From positions 35,526,001 to 35,590,000 of the forward strand of contig NC_043000.1 of assembly GCF_006345805.1 (NCBI RefSeq): a stretch of 64,000 bases of DNA, given 5' to 3'. This stretch comes from Octopus sinensis (lineage: Eukaryota). Positions 63,332-64,000 of the stretch are shown here, one piece after another; positions within the stretch are counted from its first letter, which is position 1; every line of letters starts with the position of its first letter. The notes below the pieces were generated by a model. The model worked only from the letters and a program-made list of their open reading frames with translations. It searched no databases and was not told where the DNA came from. A program made the translations under genes and the position numbers.

Positions 63332-64000
63332 GACATTACAGACCCTATGGACACACAGAGTGCGGCTGTTGATCGAATACATATTTACATAATAATACAA
63401 ACATAAATGAGTAAATTTTGGGAAGAACACCCGCGCGAGTTTCACTGAGAAAAAAAAGCCTCGGACGTTTTAATTTACCCATAAATGAATATATATTATT
63501 AAATATATAATCTTTAATGCACAACTTTGATATTTCCTAGCAAAGATTAAAAAAAAAAAACAGAAAAACATTCTTAGAGAAGAATTAAGAAAACTGTTGA
63601 TATTTTATAAATGAGTAAAATTCGTGTAAACAGTATACAAACATCATTTTTTTTTTATGCAATGAATGGATTAATGCTTCTTAATATCAGAATTATTTTT
63701 GCGGAAAAGAAGACGAAAATGAACATACACAACAATATTTAAAACTGTTATTTTTTTATCTATTTAAAACGAATTTTCCTTAATCGTAATAAGGAGGAAG
63801 TCATTTTCGATAAGGATAAATAATTTTAAATGTCAAGACTTTTTGTTTTCCAAAATAAATTTTGGGGCCTAGAACTGAAAAAATGCTGATAATTTTAGGA
63901 AAAGGAAGATAGTAAATTATTTTAATTTCAGGACAGAGGGGGAAATGGGTTGATTATTTAAGGTAAGAAATCAAAAACATGAGTCAATTTTTTAAGATAT

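Overview
Repeat-rich, AT-rich eukaryotic DNA, most likely from an octopus (inferred from the [10 protein letters not shown]-type tandem C2H2 genes, dense (TA)n/(CATA)n microsatellites and SINE content; not confirmed by search). Four protein-coding genes are supported. Two are convergent single-exon C2H2 zinc-finger arrays (12 fingers on +, 13 on -). One is a single-coding-exon TMEM187-like gene (+). One is a three-exon RD3-like gene (-), assembled here from splice sites and only partly visible in the ORF track. The rest is tRNA-derived SINEs (working labels A, B, C), a (GAT)n-tailed retroposon (label D), RTE/CR1/Penelope/Gypsy remnants, mariner, maT, hAT, pogo and piggyBac-type DNA elements, foldbacks and microsatellites. 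The most unusual object is at 58390-58722. It joins a Pol III tRNA-like head to a Penelope-type minimal hammerhead ribozyme and carries an inverted terminal duplication, so it is a candidate ribozyme-bearing SINE mobilised by Penelope-like elements. Gene, TSD and motif coordinates were counted by hand. Boundaries of degenerate repeats are approximate, and family names come from motif recognition only.
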